Below are positions 1 to 12,853 of a stretch of DNA of 64,000 nt, one piece after another (position 1 is the stretch's first letter; every line of letters starts with the position of its first letter). The notes under the pieces were generated by a model. It did no database searches, was not told the DNA's origin, and saw only the letters and a list, made by a program, of their open reading frames with translations. The DNA lies in the NCBI RefSeq assembly GCF_006345805.1, contig NC_043006.1, forward strand, positions 105,462,001 through 105,526,000. Reading direction: 5' to 3'. The stretch is from Octopus sinensis. Lineage: Eukaryota. The translations under genes and the position numbers were made by a program.

Positions 1-101
1 GGATGTAAAACAGTAAGTGAACTGAAATGGCGTATACTGACACGCCTCATTGTTTCAATATACCGAAAACGAAACCGGTTATTTAAGAAGTTAGGCTATT
101 C

Positions 102-132
<31 letters not shown>

Positions 133-396
133 AAGTTATATCATTGATATAAAGATTCATATTGTACAAAAGATGTATTGTGGATTAAGCCATTCTAGTT
201 TAGCCTTGCTTCTACATGTTACAACGACACGAGACGAGTCCAGAGGAATACAAAGCAGAGTTTAGCTTCAGCAACATTCTCTTGTAACGAACAAACCTCA
301 AGGTTCTTAGTGCGGCACTCGACATCCTCAGATACACACAGTCATACATACACTCATATAAATATGCATACACACACGCTAACACACATATACCCT

Positions 397-789
397 TTAC
401 TCTTTACTTGTTTCAGTCATTTGACTGCGGCCATGCTGGAGCACCGCCTTTAATCGAGCAACTCGACCCCGGGACTTATTCTTTGTAAGCCCAGTACTTA
501 TTCTATCGGTTTCTTTTTGCCGAACCACTAAGACGGGGGACATAAACACACCAGCAATGCTAGAGGGACAAACACAGACACACAAACACACACGCACACA
601 CACATATATATATATAAACATATATACGACGGGCTTCTTTCAGTTTCCGTCTACCAAATCCACTCACAAGGTTTTGGTCGACCCGTGGCTATAGTAGAAG
701 ACACTTGCCCACGGTGTCACGCAGTAGGACTGAACCCGGAACCATGTGGTTGGTAAACAAGCTACTTACCACACAGCCACTCCTGCGCC
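397..789 (-). mobile_element. tRNA-derived SINE family A, full-length (internal CA/TA microsatellite, CR1-like 3' tail)
   Basis: Minus strand begins GGCGCAGGAGTGGCTGTGTGGTAAG (A box), has GGTTCAGTCC (B-box-like) and ends GGTGCTCCAGCATGGCCGCAGTCAAATGACTGAAACAAGTAAAGAG; many homologous copies in the window. Confidence 0.9.
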
Positions 790-809
790 TATACACACAC
801 ACACACACA

Positions 810-880
<71 letters not shown>

Positions 881-1320
881 GAAAGGTATGCAGTAATATA
901 TGTCTGGAAGATCCTGGAAGGAATTGTGCCAAATTTTGGCATTGTAAGCTACACCAATGCTAGAACGGGACGACACTGCATAGTGCCAAGATCCCAGCAA
1001 TGCCATCACGCTTCAGGACCAGCTTCTGCAACAGCCTGGGTTTCAAGGGCCCACAGCTTTTTAATATTCTCCCAAAGAGTCTGAGGAACTTGCACAAAGT
1101 AGATGTACCGGTTTTTCAATCAAAGCTGGACATCTTCCTGTCGAGAGTCCCAGATGAACCTACCTCACGGCAGGAGGTGCAAATGAGAGTAGCTATATCA
1201 AACTCCATTGTTCACCAAGTGCCACATATTAGACGAGGTTCTTCGCAATTACAGTGTAGCACAAAACGTTGGTGCATCGGCATGGCCGCAGCTCTGAGCT
1301 AAAAACTAGAGAAAAAAAAG
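881..1320 (+). mobile_element. CR1-like LINE 3' fragment (ORF2 C-terminus plus 3' UTR), 5'-truncated
   Basis: ERYAVIYVWKILEGIVPNFG and, after a frameshift, CNSLGFKGPQLFNILPKSLRNL...FQSKLDIFLSRVPDEP; ends CATGGCCGCAGCTCTGAGCTAAAAC plus A-rich tail. Confidence 0.85.
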
Positions 1321-1335
1321 AAAAAATATATATAT

Positions 1336-1371
<36 letters not shown>

Positions 1372-1734
1372 ATATATATATATAACACATGATACTTGAA
1401 GTCAACAACCTTTTTGAGGTGAGTGCCTCAGAACAAATAATAAGTTGCTTTTCATACACAGTAGGTTCATGCATTCAATTTTCTTTGCATCGAGAAACAG
1501 AACACTTTTTGTTGCTGCATGGTCGAGTAATATTAACAAGTCTTGCATATCGCGTTTTTTATAAAATGTCAGGGCATTGTCAAATTCACAATTATATACA
1601 CTCAATTTTTTGATCGCTTCTAATTGATAATGAGACTATTACCATCCCAATGAGAAAAGAATGCTGGGTGTCTTCCTGAAGGATTTCTGTTGTAGTTAGA
1701 AACTCTTTAGTTGGAGCGTCTGTACATGCTTTTG

Positions 1735-1940
1735 TACTCTTGGCACAAGGATCGAAATTTTGGTGGAGGGACCACTCGATTAGATTGACCCCAGTTTGCA
1801 ACTAGTACTTATTTATCGACCCCGAAATGATGAAAAGCAAAGTCGACCTCTGCGGAATTTGAACTCAGAACGTAACGGCAGACGAAATACTTCTAAGCAT
1901 TTCGCCCGGCGTGCTAACGTTTCTGCCAGCTCGCTGCCTT
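1735..1940 (-). mobile_element. tRNA-derived SINE family B
   Basis: Minus strand GGCAGCGAGCTGGCAGAAACGTTAGCACG...GAGTTCAAATTCC...GAGGTCGACTTTGCTTTTCATC, matching other family B copies. Confidence 0.85.
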
Positions 1941-1944
1941 AGGA

Positions 1945-2215
1945 GCGAATGTATATTGCACAATGAATTGGATGTTGTCAGATATGGTGGTGATAGCTTT
2001 GACAATGTCATCTGGAATATTGTAGTTCAACGGTATATGCAACATAATCGTTTTGCTGATACTATCAAATGTTTTGTAGAAATCCACAAACATAATTGCA
2101 GTCTTTTATTTCATGATTCTAAACTTTTCTGCAATTCTTCTGAATGAAAGCTCAGTGGTAGTGCTTATCTGCTATTGCAGAAGCCATTATGATTGTCACT
2201 AAAATAGGATCAAAG
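1945..2215 (-). pseudogene. RTE-clade LINE reverse transcriptase relic
   Basis: Minus strand gives HNGF and RRIAEKFRIMK*KTAIMFVDFYKTFDSISKTIMLHIPLNYNIPDDIVKAI, resembling RTE RT FVDFxKAFDSI...YGIP; stops and frameshifts present. Confidence 0.75.
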
Positions 2216-2231
2216 TGATAGATAATTCTTA

Positions 2232-2418
2232 TTTCTTTTACTGCCCACAAGGGGCTACACAGAGAGGGGACAAACAAGGACAGACAAACGGATGAAGTCG
2301 ATTATATTGATCCCAGTGCGTAACTGGTACTTAATTTATCGACCCCGTAAGGATGAAAGGTAAAGTCGACCTCGACGAAATTTGAACTCAGAACGTAACG
2401 TCAGACCAAATACCGCTT
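2232..2418 (-). mobile_element. SINE family B, 5'-truncated
   Basis: Carries the TTTGTCTGTCCTTGTTTGTCCCC...GCCCCTTGTGGGCAGTAAAAG tail and the GTCGAC core. Confidence 0.85.
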
Positions 2419-2611
2419 AACACGTCCATTTCATATACCAGTTCATACAGCTTTCGCTTTCTCCTCTCTTTCACTTTAAAATAAAAGTAACAGGTGATTT
2501 TCAGGATAAAAATTGTTAAAATAATGATTCTCCTCATGTAAATTGATTACTATTGTTAGTACGAAGCGGGTTTCTTAAACATTCGCTTATATTGCTCTCT
2601 CTCTCTCTCTT

Positions 2612-2649
<38 letters not shown>

Positions 2650-2667
2650 CACTCATACACAGACAGA

Positions 2668-3060
2668 CACAGGGAAGGGTGGGTGTGCGGTTAAGGAGCT
2701 TGCTTGTCTGTCGGTCATGTAGTCTCCCGTGGCACCTTGGGCAATTGTCTGCAACAGCCCCCGAACTGATCAAACTGTTGTGAGTGAATTTCGTTGACGG
2801 AAGACGAAAGAAGCCTTTCTTGTACATATGTGTGTATGTGTATATATGTGTGTGTGCCTATGCACGCTCGTGTGCGTGTGTGTCTGTGTGCGTGCGCGCG
2901 CGTGTATCTGTTTTTGTCTCCCACCATTGCCTGACAAACGGTGTTGGCTTGTTCATGTCCCTGTAACCTAGCAGTTCGGAAAAAAATACTCGATAGAAGA
3001 AGGGCCAGGAGTCAATCTGTTCGACAAAGCCGTATCCCAGCGAGGCCTAAGTCCAAAAAC
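2668..3060 (+). mobile_element. SINE family A, diverged
   Basis: GTGTGCGGTTAAG head, GTGGCACCTTGGGCAA and GACGGAAGACGAAAGAAGCC collinear with family A. Confidence 0.7.
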
Positions 3061-3288
3061 CGAAGGCGGTACTAATTTAAACACGCAGACACGCATCCTT
3101 TATCTTTTACTAGTTTAAGTCATTAAATTTCAGCCATGGTGGGGCACCACTTTGAGGAACCCTGGATTTTTTAAGCTTCGTACTTAATCCAAAGTCATCT
3201 TATGGCAAACAGCCAACTAACGGGGACATTAACATACCTGCACCGGTTCTTTAGCGGTGTTGGGGGACAAACACAAAGAGTTAAAATT

Positions 3289-3350
<62 letters not shown>

Positions 3351-3538
3351 TATATATATATTAATCAATGAAATTGCAACTAAGTCTGATTTTCGCGTTA
3401 CATTATTTGCAACTTTTACAATTTTACAATATTGAAATAAACTAGTACTTTCAACACGCTACGCAATCGTCAGGTTTATGTACTGACAGTCATGTTCCAC
3501 AACTGACAATTGCATATATATACTCTTCACTCTCTCTC

Positions 3539-3577
<39 letters not shown>

Positions 3578-3582
<5 letters not shown>

Positions 3583-3750
3583 TTGTTTCAGTCATTTGAC
3601 TGTGGCCATGCTGGAGCACCGCCTTTAGTCGAGCAAATCGACCCCAGGACTTATTCTGTCGGTCTCTTTTGCCGAGCCGCTAAGTTACAGGTACGTAAAC
3701 ACATCACCAACGGTTGTCAAGCGATGTTGCGGAGACAAGCACAAACACAT

Positions 3751-3809
<59 letters not shown>

Positions 3810-3968
3810 CGACGGACTTCTTTCAGTTTCTGTCTACCAAATCCACTTACAAGGCTTTGGTCGGCCCGAGGCAATAGTAGAAGACATTTGCCCAAGGTGC
3901 AACGCAGTGGGACTGAACGCAGAACCATGTGGCTGGTAAGCAAGCTACTTACCACACAGCCACTCCTA
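3578..3968 (-). mobile_element. SINE family A, near full-length (partial copies nearby at ~3100-3290 and ~3985-4135)
   Basis: Collinear with 397-789. Confidence 0.9.
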
Positions 3969-4418
3969 TATATATGAACTCACGGTAGGCTTATTTCAGT
4001 TTCCGTCTACCAAATCTACTCACAAGACGTTAGATGACCCAAGGCCACAGTGGAAGACACTTGCCAAGATGCCATGCAGTGAGACTGAGCCCAGAAGCAT
4101 GTGGTGTGGAAGAAACCTTTTTACCACTCAGCCAGTCTGTATCATTCACGAATTTCTCAAAATTTAGAGTTAAACATATAGAACTATTTATTTTCAAACC
4201 CAAATCGAATCCAGTTTTCCAGATTAGAAAACTGGCAGAGACTCTACCTTACAAAACATATGTAATTCGAATCATACGATTACACATTCGGAAATTAATT
4301 ATTTTATGATATTCAATTAAATTGGGAATGTTCGTTAAAGCAATTAGTCTAATGATTTAATTAGTCTGATGTCGAAGAGCTCGAATCCACGTTCATATGG
4401 AGATATTTATTTCCGCGA

Positions 4419-4457
<39 letters not shown>

Positions 4458-4638
4458 CGTGTGTGCGTGTGCGCGATGGAGCGAGTGCGCAGACCTCAGG
4501 TAATTAATTCATTAATTTCTCATAAATGTTAATAGTGCGGCTGAAACGTCTAGACATAAACAAGCTTACGCGTTTAAAAATATATTTATAGTCATGACTT
4601 CGTGAGTCTAAAGACGCACACACGCAAACACACACACA

Positions 4639-4685
<47 letters not shown>

Positions 4686-5013
4686 ACACATACATACACA
4701 TACATACACATGTATGTATACTAATGTTTATTTTTATGTCATGATAAAAGAAATCACATTAAACTTATTGAAAGAGTACATATTTATTCTTCAAGAAATG
4801 AACTGACAATGACTTCGGAGACTCGATCAACGAAACCGTGATCGATGATTGCTGAAGCTGGTCGAAACATCGAAGTCGCCATCAATATATTTTATTATTA
4901 AAACTGTAAAGAATCACAAGAGTATCACAAACAGTGCCATTCAGAGTTTCCCCTTCTTACGAACAGGAACGTAAAAGTCTCGGTAGCAAGTAATACATTT
5001 GTGCGTGTGTGTA

Positions 5014-5067
<54 letters not shown>

Positions 5068-5086
5068 TTATGCGTATATATATGTG

Positions 5087-5142
<56 letters not shown>

Positions 5143-5147
<5 letters not shown>

Positions 5148-5445
5148 CGGGAAGCTTATGAAAATAGACAAAAGACGAAGGCAGGTGGAAAACAAACAAA
5201 CAATTGTATTAGTAGGCGCTCATGAAATATAAATAAAACAAGTCTTTAACGTTTCGAGCCTACGCTCTTCAACAGAAAGATACACAGAGAGAAAAAAACA
5301 CAGAAAGAAGGAGAGAAACAAAAATGCGTGCAGTAACTAACGAATCAACATGGCGATCTGATTTCGGCCAGAGGTCAAAGATCAAACATGAGACGCGAGA
5401 GCGAAATAAGGGGAGATAATAGGGTTGATAATAGGGTTGAATGAC
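5143..5445 (-). mobile_element. PLE-type 3' end fragment between (TA)n tracts, carrying a hammerhead-like motif
   Basis: Contains CTGTTGAAGAGCGTAGGCTCGAAACGTT; a possibly related segment ending at CTTCTGTTGAAG lies at ~25345-25692 (+). Confidence 0.6.
5243..5280 (-). ncRNA. Minimal type I hammerhead ribozyme-like motif (A6->U core variant)
   Basis: UCUUU-CUGUUGA-A-GAGC(GUAG)GCUC-GAAAC-GU-U-AAAGA: stem I UCUUU/AAAGA, 4-bp stem II, palindromic ACGU stem III. Confidence 0.65.
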
Positions 5446-5550
5446 CATATGTATATGTGTGTGTGTGTGTCTACATATATATGTAGATGTGTATATATAT
5501 GTATATATATATGCATATATATGTATGCGTGTATATATATGTATATATAA

Positions 5551-5803
5551 ATAGCTGATCTGTTGCAATGAGACGATCTTCTTAGTGAAGCTACGCTGAA
5601 TTGCTTCAAGATCCACTGTTAATTTTACACTGTTGGGTGACCGTAGCTGGGAGCAGTAGCCCAGGTAGTTTCTTTATCTCTGGTTCTGAACCTCTCAGGA
5701 TCCACCCAGCCAGCCGTCTGCACTTTGTCACCATTTTGGTATTGTGTACTTGGAAAGAGGTATCATCACTCATGACGATACCCAGGTCTTATACCGTCTT
5801 CCG
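5551..5803 (-). mobile_element. CR1-like LINE ORF2 fragment
   Basis: DLGIVMSDDTSF...KCRRLAGWILR...YCSQL...LEAIQRSFTKKIVSLQQISY, homologous to 15566-16545. Confidence 0.8.
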
Positions 5804-6148
5804 TAGTGTAATATAAAAGTAAAGCTGAATAACCACATTGTTTCAATCAATCCCACGCTGCCTGTAGGCAGGATTAAACATTAACCTTACTAAAATTACA
5901 AGAGACATTTAAAACAATGCGCATTGTATCGGTATTAATAATAGACTGCAATAACTAAATTATATGCTAAATTACGATCCATCTATAAGTCCATATAATT
6001 AATAATCATACCGGTCTTCCATAGATATTACTATAATGAAAGTTCAAATACAATAAATATTTTTCCAAAGCAACACACGATTGAAATTAATTTAACTAAT
6101 ATTTTTATGAATGAAATACAATATTTCATCATTCAAAAGTTAATATTA

Positions 6149-6310
6149 GGTGCAGGAGTGGCTGTGTGGGAAGTAGCTTGCTTACCAACCACATGGTTCC
6201 GGGTTCAGTCCCACTGCGTGGCACCTTGAGCAAGTGTGTTCTATAGCTTCGAGCCGACCAAAGCGTTGTGAATGGATTTGGTAGACGGAAACTGAAAGAA
6301 GCCCGTCGTA

Positions 6311-6356
<46 letters not shown>

Positions 6357-6630
6357 ATATATATATATGTAATGTGTTGTGTGTGTGTGTGTGTGGTGTG
6401 TATGTGTGTGTGTGTATGTGTGTGTGTGTGTGATGTGTGTGTGTGTGTTTGTGTGTGTGTGTCCCCAACATCGCTTGTCAACCGATGCTGCTGTGTTTAC
6501 GTCCCCGTAACTTAGCGGTTCGGCAAAAGACCGATAGAATTAGTACTAGGCTTACAAAGAATAAGTCCTGGTGTTGAGTTGCATGACCGCACTTAAATGA
6601 CTGAAACAAGTAAAATAGAGTAAAAAGAGA
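6149..6630 (+). mobile_element. SINE family A, full-length
   Basis: GGTGCAGGAGTGGCTGTGTGG head to AAATGACTGAAACAAGTAAAA tail. Confidence 0.9.
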
Positions 6631-7596
6631 TTAAAACACTACATACTCACTAGTATATCACTATTACAAGTTATAATATTGAATATACACTTACATTTCA
6701 TTTAATAAGAACTCATAAAAGTACTTGTAATAAACTAATATTATAAAACTTGCAATGCTTAATGCTAATTAATCTATTCAAAAGACAATAAAACCGTTTA
6801 AAAACAATAAACCCACAAGTATTAACGCTTAGATGTTTAATCAGACACGCGGCTCCCTCACCAAGAATTTAAAGAGCAACTAAATATTGATAACGTGGTG
6901 CGTAATTACCCCTTTCTCAATTGTCTCAATACCGGTGACGTAGTAAGCAAATAACTCGAATCGTAAACCTTCAAATCCTTACAAATATTTGCTAAGCTGA
7001 AGACAAGATATTACTTCATATTATTTAAATTTTAGGTTTCCCTCCTAAACAGCGATTAAAAGTTTTAACCAACTTATCATGTTTATAAACATGTTTTACT
7101 AAATGTCTTAACAGCTTATTTATTCTTGCCAAAAATGTATTAGTATTATTAATAATAGTAATATTATCTGACGATTTGCCCAATTAAAAAGAAGGAATTT
7201 TATAATTACTGAACCATGGCATTGAAGCCACTTGGAAACCAAAATTTTCTGCTTTATTATAAATGTCAGTACATATTACTTTGTTATCTTTAATTACTAG
7301 ATCGACATAATTAATTGACAAGATTAATATTTCTTATATCATTACCATTTCTGGTAATAAGCTCACAGGGGTATATTTTTCTGAGTAAAGATTCAAAGAA
7401 ACCATGCTAGGTATAAATATATCGTCTATGTATCTGCAACTTCCATCAAGTTGTTTAAGCAAACCTATCTTGTAAGAAAAAGGAACTCGCATGAAGAAAG
7501 ATAAAGGTCCACCAAAAGGGGGCTACAATTGCCACCCAGATATGTATTTATATATATATGTATATATCGTATATATATGTGTATATATCGTATATA

Positions 7597-7665
<69 letters not shown>

Positions 7666-7676
7666 TATATATATCT

Positions 7677-7709
<33 letters not shown>

Positions 7710-7711
7710 GA

Positions 7712-8591
7712 TAATGCAATAAAAATGGTAAATAATTTTCCTGTGTTTTCATGTAACCAACAATTATTTACCGGTAAATTTCGGTATGTAAATACGACAA
7801 ATTCATCGTCAGGACCTTTGTAAGGATCAGTATATAGTAAAGTAAATAAGATGGCTAGCAGCAGGCTGTTTCGCCTCATACCGAAGGAATTAGAAATGGC
7901 AGTCAAAGACCGTTTTTTTCCATTTTCTATAAGTGGAGATTCCAAAAACGAAGGCCCGTGCGGCTCACATACACAAAACCGGAGTAGCAAATAGACGCAA
8001 ACAGTCACTTACCGTTAATAACGAACACTTGTTTCTGGATCACAAACATAGAAAAGTAGTTTGATTTCCGTCATCGGCGCTATATTCGATAGCTTTACCA
8101 AATGCCACCGGCCCTCACTTCTGACCCAGCGACATCAGATAGTGGGGGGAAGTGCGCAGATGTTAAAACTAAGTAACGACTGGGAACGTAAATTTTCCCT
8201 CCAAAATTCTGCCATGCGCGCTTTCTGGGTAATCGTAATGGAATGAGGAATCCACATGGTAATGCAATAAAAATGGTAAATAATTTTCTTGTGGTTTTTC
8301 ATGTAACCAACAATTATTTACCGGTAAATTTCGGTATGTAAATACGACAAATTCATCGTCAGGACCTTTGTAAGGATCAATATATAGTAAAGTAAATAAG
8401 ATGGCTAGCAGCAGGCTGTTTCGCCTCATACCGAAAGAATTAGAAATGGCAGTCAAAGATCGTTTTTTCCATTTTCTATAAGTGGAGATTCCAAAAACGA
8501 AAATGGAAAAAACGGTCTTTGACTGCCATTTCTAATTCCTTCGGTATGAGGCGAAACAGCCTGCTGCTAGCCATCTTATTTACTTTACTAT

Positions 8592-8594
<3 letters not shown>
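7712..8594 (-). mobile_element. Non-coding PLE-like/retrozyme-like element: two ~240-bp direct repeats (7712-7952, 8260-8501) plus an inverted terminal segment (~8499-8594)
   Basis: Near-identical direct repeats with period ~548; ~8499-8594 is the reverse complement of ~8381-8475; flanked by (TA)n and (GATA)n; each repeat has CTGACGA...GAAA followed by palindrome ATTTACCGGTAAAT. Confidence 0.7.
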
Positions 8595-8666
<72 letters not shown>

Positions 8667-8687
8667 TGATTTGAATTGATTAAGTTT

Positions 8688-9257
8688 CAACTCATGAGCT
8701 GTGGCCATGCTGGGTTACCGGCATTCTGGTGCAGCTGCATAATTTTAGTTCACTAATTCTTTTTAGAGATTGTCATTTGGTGCATGACGGCGTTTCATGC
8801 TGCTGCCCCCATCTGCACTCCCTTTTGTGAAGTTGGTTCATCTGGGACACTTGACAGTCAAAGGTCCAGTTTCAGTTTGAAGACGCCTACATCCAGCCAT
8901 ACTGGTCTCTCAGGTCCTTCGGGAGGATATTGAAGAGCTGTGGTCCCCTGAAGCCCAGGCTGTTGCAGTATCTTGTCCTATATCTTGATGGCAAATTTGG
9001 AGTCCTTGGCACTATGCAATGGCGCCCTGTTCCAGTATTTGTGTAATTCTCGATGTCAAAGTTTGGGACAAGTCCTTCTAGGATCTTCCAGATATATATT
9101 ATGCGCCTACGCTTTAAAGAATAGAGTCTTAATCTCTTGAGTCTTTCCCAGTAGCTTATATGCAGCATAGAGGCTATCTTCTTCGTGTAGCTTTGTTGGA
9201 TTGCCTCAAATTCTGCAATTAATCTGACACAGGTTGGTGACCATAGCTGAGAGCAAT
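8688..9257 (-). mobile_element. CR1-like LINE 3' fragment
   Basis: YCSQLWSP...EAIQQSYTKKI...SYWERLKRLRLYSLKRRR...WKILEGLVPNF...GPQLFNILP; 3' end CAGCATGGCCACAGCTCATGAGTTGAAAC. Confidence 0.85.
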
Positions 9258-9288
9258 ATGTATACATATATATAGATATGTACATTAT

Positions 9289-9354
<66 letters not shown>

Positions 9355-9606
9355 AAGAGAGAGGGAGAGAGAGAAGTGGAGAGACGAGCTGAGAAACTGA
9401 AAGCAATCTCTGTTGTTGAAACAAGAGTAAAAATGGTGTCATGTCACGCCTAGTGAAAGATGTAATATTGTATAGTATCTAGTTAAGTGTTAATTAGTTA
9501 ATTAGTGTATAATCAAATTAACAATTTCTGAATATGATTAAGTAATATAATACCAACTCTGTAAGAAGAAAGAAAAGAGAATATAGTACTAGATCTATAA
9601 TAAAAC

Positions 9607-9675
<69 letters not shown>

Positions 9676-9679
<4 letters not shown>

Positions 9680-9913
9680 GGCGTGGCTCTGTGGCAAGGA
9701 ACTTACTTCTTAGCCACATGGTTCTGGAACATGTCACCTAGGGCAAGTGTCTGCTACTATAGCCTGGCGCTGTCCAAAGTTTTGTGAGCGTATTTAGTAG
9801 AGGGAAATTGAATGAAGCTCATCATATATATATATATATATATATATGACTATGTGTGTGTGTATGTCTGTATTTGTCTCCCACCATCGCTTGACAACTG
9901 GTGTTAGTGTGTT

Positions 9914-9945
<32 letters not shown>

Positions 9946-10149
9946 GGATATGTATATATATATATATATGTATATATACATGTATATGTATGTATGTATG
10001 TGTTTATTCACACGCACATACAGATACACACATATACATACTACCTATTTACATACATACACATACATGGTGGCCTCTTTTCGGTTTCCGTCTAAAAATA
10101 GGGGTTTGGTCGAACCTAGGATATAGCAGAGCCCTAGGTACTTATAAAC

Positions 10150-10212
<63 letters not shown>

Positions 10213-10435
10213 TGTATGTATGTATGTATGTATGTATGTCTGTCATTGCTTGTCCCCCACGACCAGTTCACAACTGTGTTTGCATCCCCGGAACTAAACG
10301 GTTCAGCAAAACAGACTGACAGAATGAATACTAGGCTTAACACGAAAGAAGTCCTGAGGTCGATAATTATGCAGTAAAACCCTAAAACGCGATGCCCCAC
10401 CATAGCCGCAGTCAGTTGACTGAGACAAAAAAAAA
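9676..10435 (+). mobile_element. Diverged SINE family A pieces interrupted by microsatellites
   Basis: Head at ~9676 and tail CCCCACCATAGCCGCAGTCAGTTGACTGAGAC at ~10395-10426. Confidence 0.65.
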
Positions 10436-10575
10436 ATAGAACTGTACGTATGTACGGATATATGGATCTACAGGGGACCTATGATATGTATATAGATCTC
10501 TCAGGTCAGCATCGTATGTATGTATACACATACATGAATATAGACAGACAGACAGACAGACAAATGGATAGATAA

Positions 10576-10647
<72 letters not shown>

Positions 10648-10999
10648 GTAATTTTACTCTACATATATTTGACTTACTGAAGCCTTTCCCTCCATTAAAG
10701 GTGCAAGCCGAAGTACTACAAGCGATAAAGGGCAAGACTAAAATGGTTTGAGAATAGATTGATACGGTGGGGTGGCGGGGGTGGGGAAGTAAGGCGGTGG
10801 AAATGGAAGTTGTCTTGGCTGACCTAAACACAGATTCGATGCAGGTGAATGCTGGAGGCAAGTTAAAGCTTATTCTATTCGGAATCGGATTCTCATTTAG
10901 AACATCAAGAGAGTGTCATCAGTCTTTAGTAAGATCAAAGCGAAAACTTCTCTGTGTAACGGTTGTGAACAATATGTACATACGTATGAGTCTGGATGC

Positions 11000-11176
11000 G
11001 TACGCTATATATATATATATATATATATCTATATATATGCATATATATATGTATATATAATTATATATATATGCATATATATATATAACATATATATATA
11101 TTATGCATATATATATAGGTGTGTGTGTATTATATATATGTATATACACAGGCAGATAGATAGATAGATAGATAGA

Positions 11177-11218
<42 letters not shown>

Positions 11219-11268
11219 GTATATATATACACACAAACATAGTTAGACGTACATACAGACATACATTC

Positions 11269-11308
<40 letters not shown>

Positions 11309-11773
11309 ATATATCATATACACACACATACCATACTCATTATACAACATGAGTTAATTGCGTTAAATGTATATGCCGCCTGTAAATATACTCCACGAGC
11401 ACCTGTTCTGTGGATGTACGAAGTGTCATTCATGCATTTGCCCACGCTCTGGGGTCGTGTGTGTATAAATATGCATTTCTGTAAGTATACGACAGGTATA
11501 TATATATATACTTATATATATATATGCATACACATACATATACATACACACATGCATAAATATATATACATATACACATACATAAATATAATATACACAC
11601 ATACATAAATATATATACATACATTATTATATTATATATATATATATAATATATATATATGCATATATATGTATATATAATATATATATATGCATATATA
11701 TATATTACATATATATATATATATGCATATATATATATGTGTGTGTGTATATATATATGTATATACAGACAGC

Positions 11774-11833
<60 letters not shown>

Positions 11834-12260
11834 GTATATATATACACACAAACATAGTTAGACGTACATACAGACATACATTCAGATATATAATATATAT
11901 ATAATATATTATATATATCACACACATACATACATACATATTATACAACATGAGTTAATTGCGTTAAATGTATATGCCGCCTGTAAATATACTCCACGAG
12001 CACCTGTTCTGTGGATGTACGAAGTGAGTCATTCATGCATTTGCCCACGCTCTGGGGTCGTGTGTGTATATGCATTTCTGTAAGTATACGACAGGTAATA
12101 TATATATATAATATATATATATATGCATACACATACATATATACATACACACATGCATAAATATATATACATATACACATACATAAATATATATATATAC
12201 ACACATACATAAATATATATACATACATATATTATATTATATATATATATAATATAATAT
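11000..12260. repeat. Tandem duplication, ~600-bp unit, two copies
   Basis: Unique block TATACAACATGAGTTAATTGCG...CTGGGGTCGTG occurs at 11341 and 11942; CAAACATAGTTAGACGTACATACAGAC occurs at ~11233 and ~11849. Confidence 0.9.
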
Positions 12261-12269
12261 ATATTAGTA

Positions 12270-12515
12270 ATAATAATATGACAACAAAAGAATAAATGAG
12301 ACCTCGATAATATGTAAATAGAGGAATTTATTTATAAATATATGTGACACTTAGTTGGTTGTCATAATAAAACTCAGAGTTTCGAATGCCGTGACAGAAG
12401 TCTGCTCGGGCATCTCATCAGTTATTAAGACAAACAAAAACGCTATGGAAAAAAGCCATTGGCTAAGGGAAATTACTCCAATAGGAGTAGGGAAAGTAAA
12501 ACTTCGTTCATAGAA
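12270..12515 (-). mobile_element. PLE-type 3' end fragment
   Basis: Contains the hammerhead below, followed by an AT-rich tail running into (TA)n. Confidence 0.55.
12365..12427 (-). ncRNA. Type I hammerhead ribozyme with canonical core
   Basis: UAAUAA-CUGAUGA-GAUGCC...GGCAUUC-GAAACUC-U-GAGU-U-UUAUUA: 6-bp stem I, AUGCC/GGCAU stem II, 4-bp stem III with 1-nt loop, GUU triplet. Confidence 0.8.
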
Positions 12516-12664
12516 TCTGCATATGCAAACACACACATGCACATATACATACAAACGCGCACACACATAGTATATATATACATCTACATATATATATATT
12601 ATATATATATTTACATATATATGCATACATAGATATCCATATATATACACACACATATATATAC

Positions 12665-12695
<31 letters not shown>

Positions 12696-12853
12696 AGTAT
12701 ATATATATATATTTATATATATATAGATATACATATATCTATATATATATACATACATACATACACACACACACATATATATATATAAATATACATATAT
12801 GTATGCACACACATATATATATATACGTACACACACACACACATATATATATA

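Noticed and set aside
6149-6215. SINE heads as functional tRNA genes
   Set aside because: A/B boxes are present but there is no full cloverleaf, and they continue into SINE bodies
7712-8594. CRISPR-like array or LTR retrotransposon
   Set aside because: Eukaryotic context with no repeat-spacer array; the repeats lack TG...CA ends, PBS/PPT and a TSD
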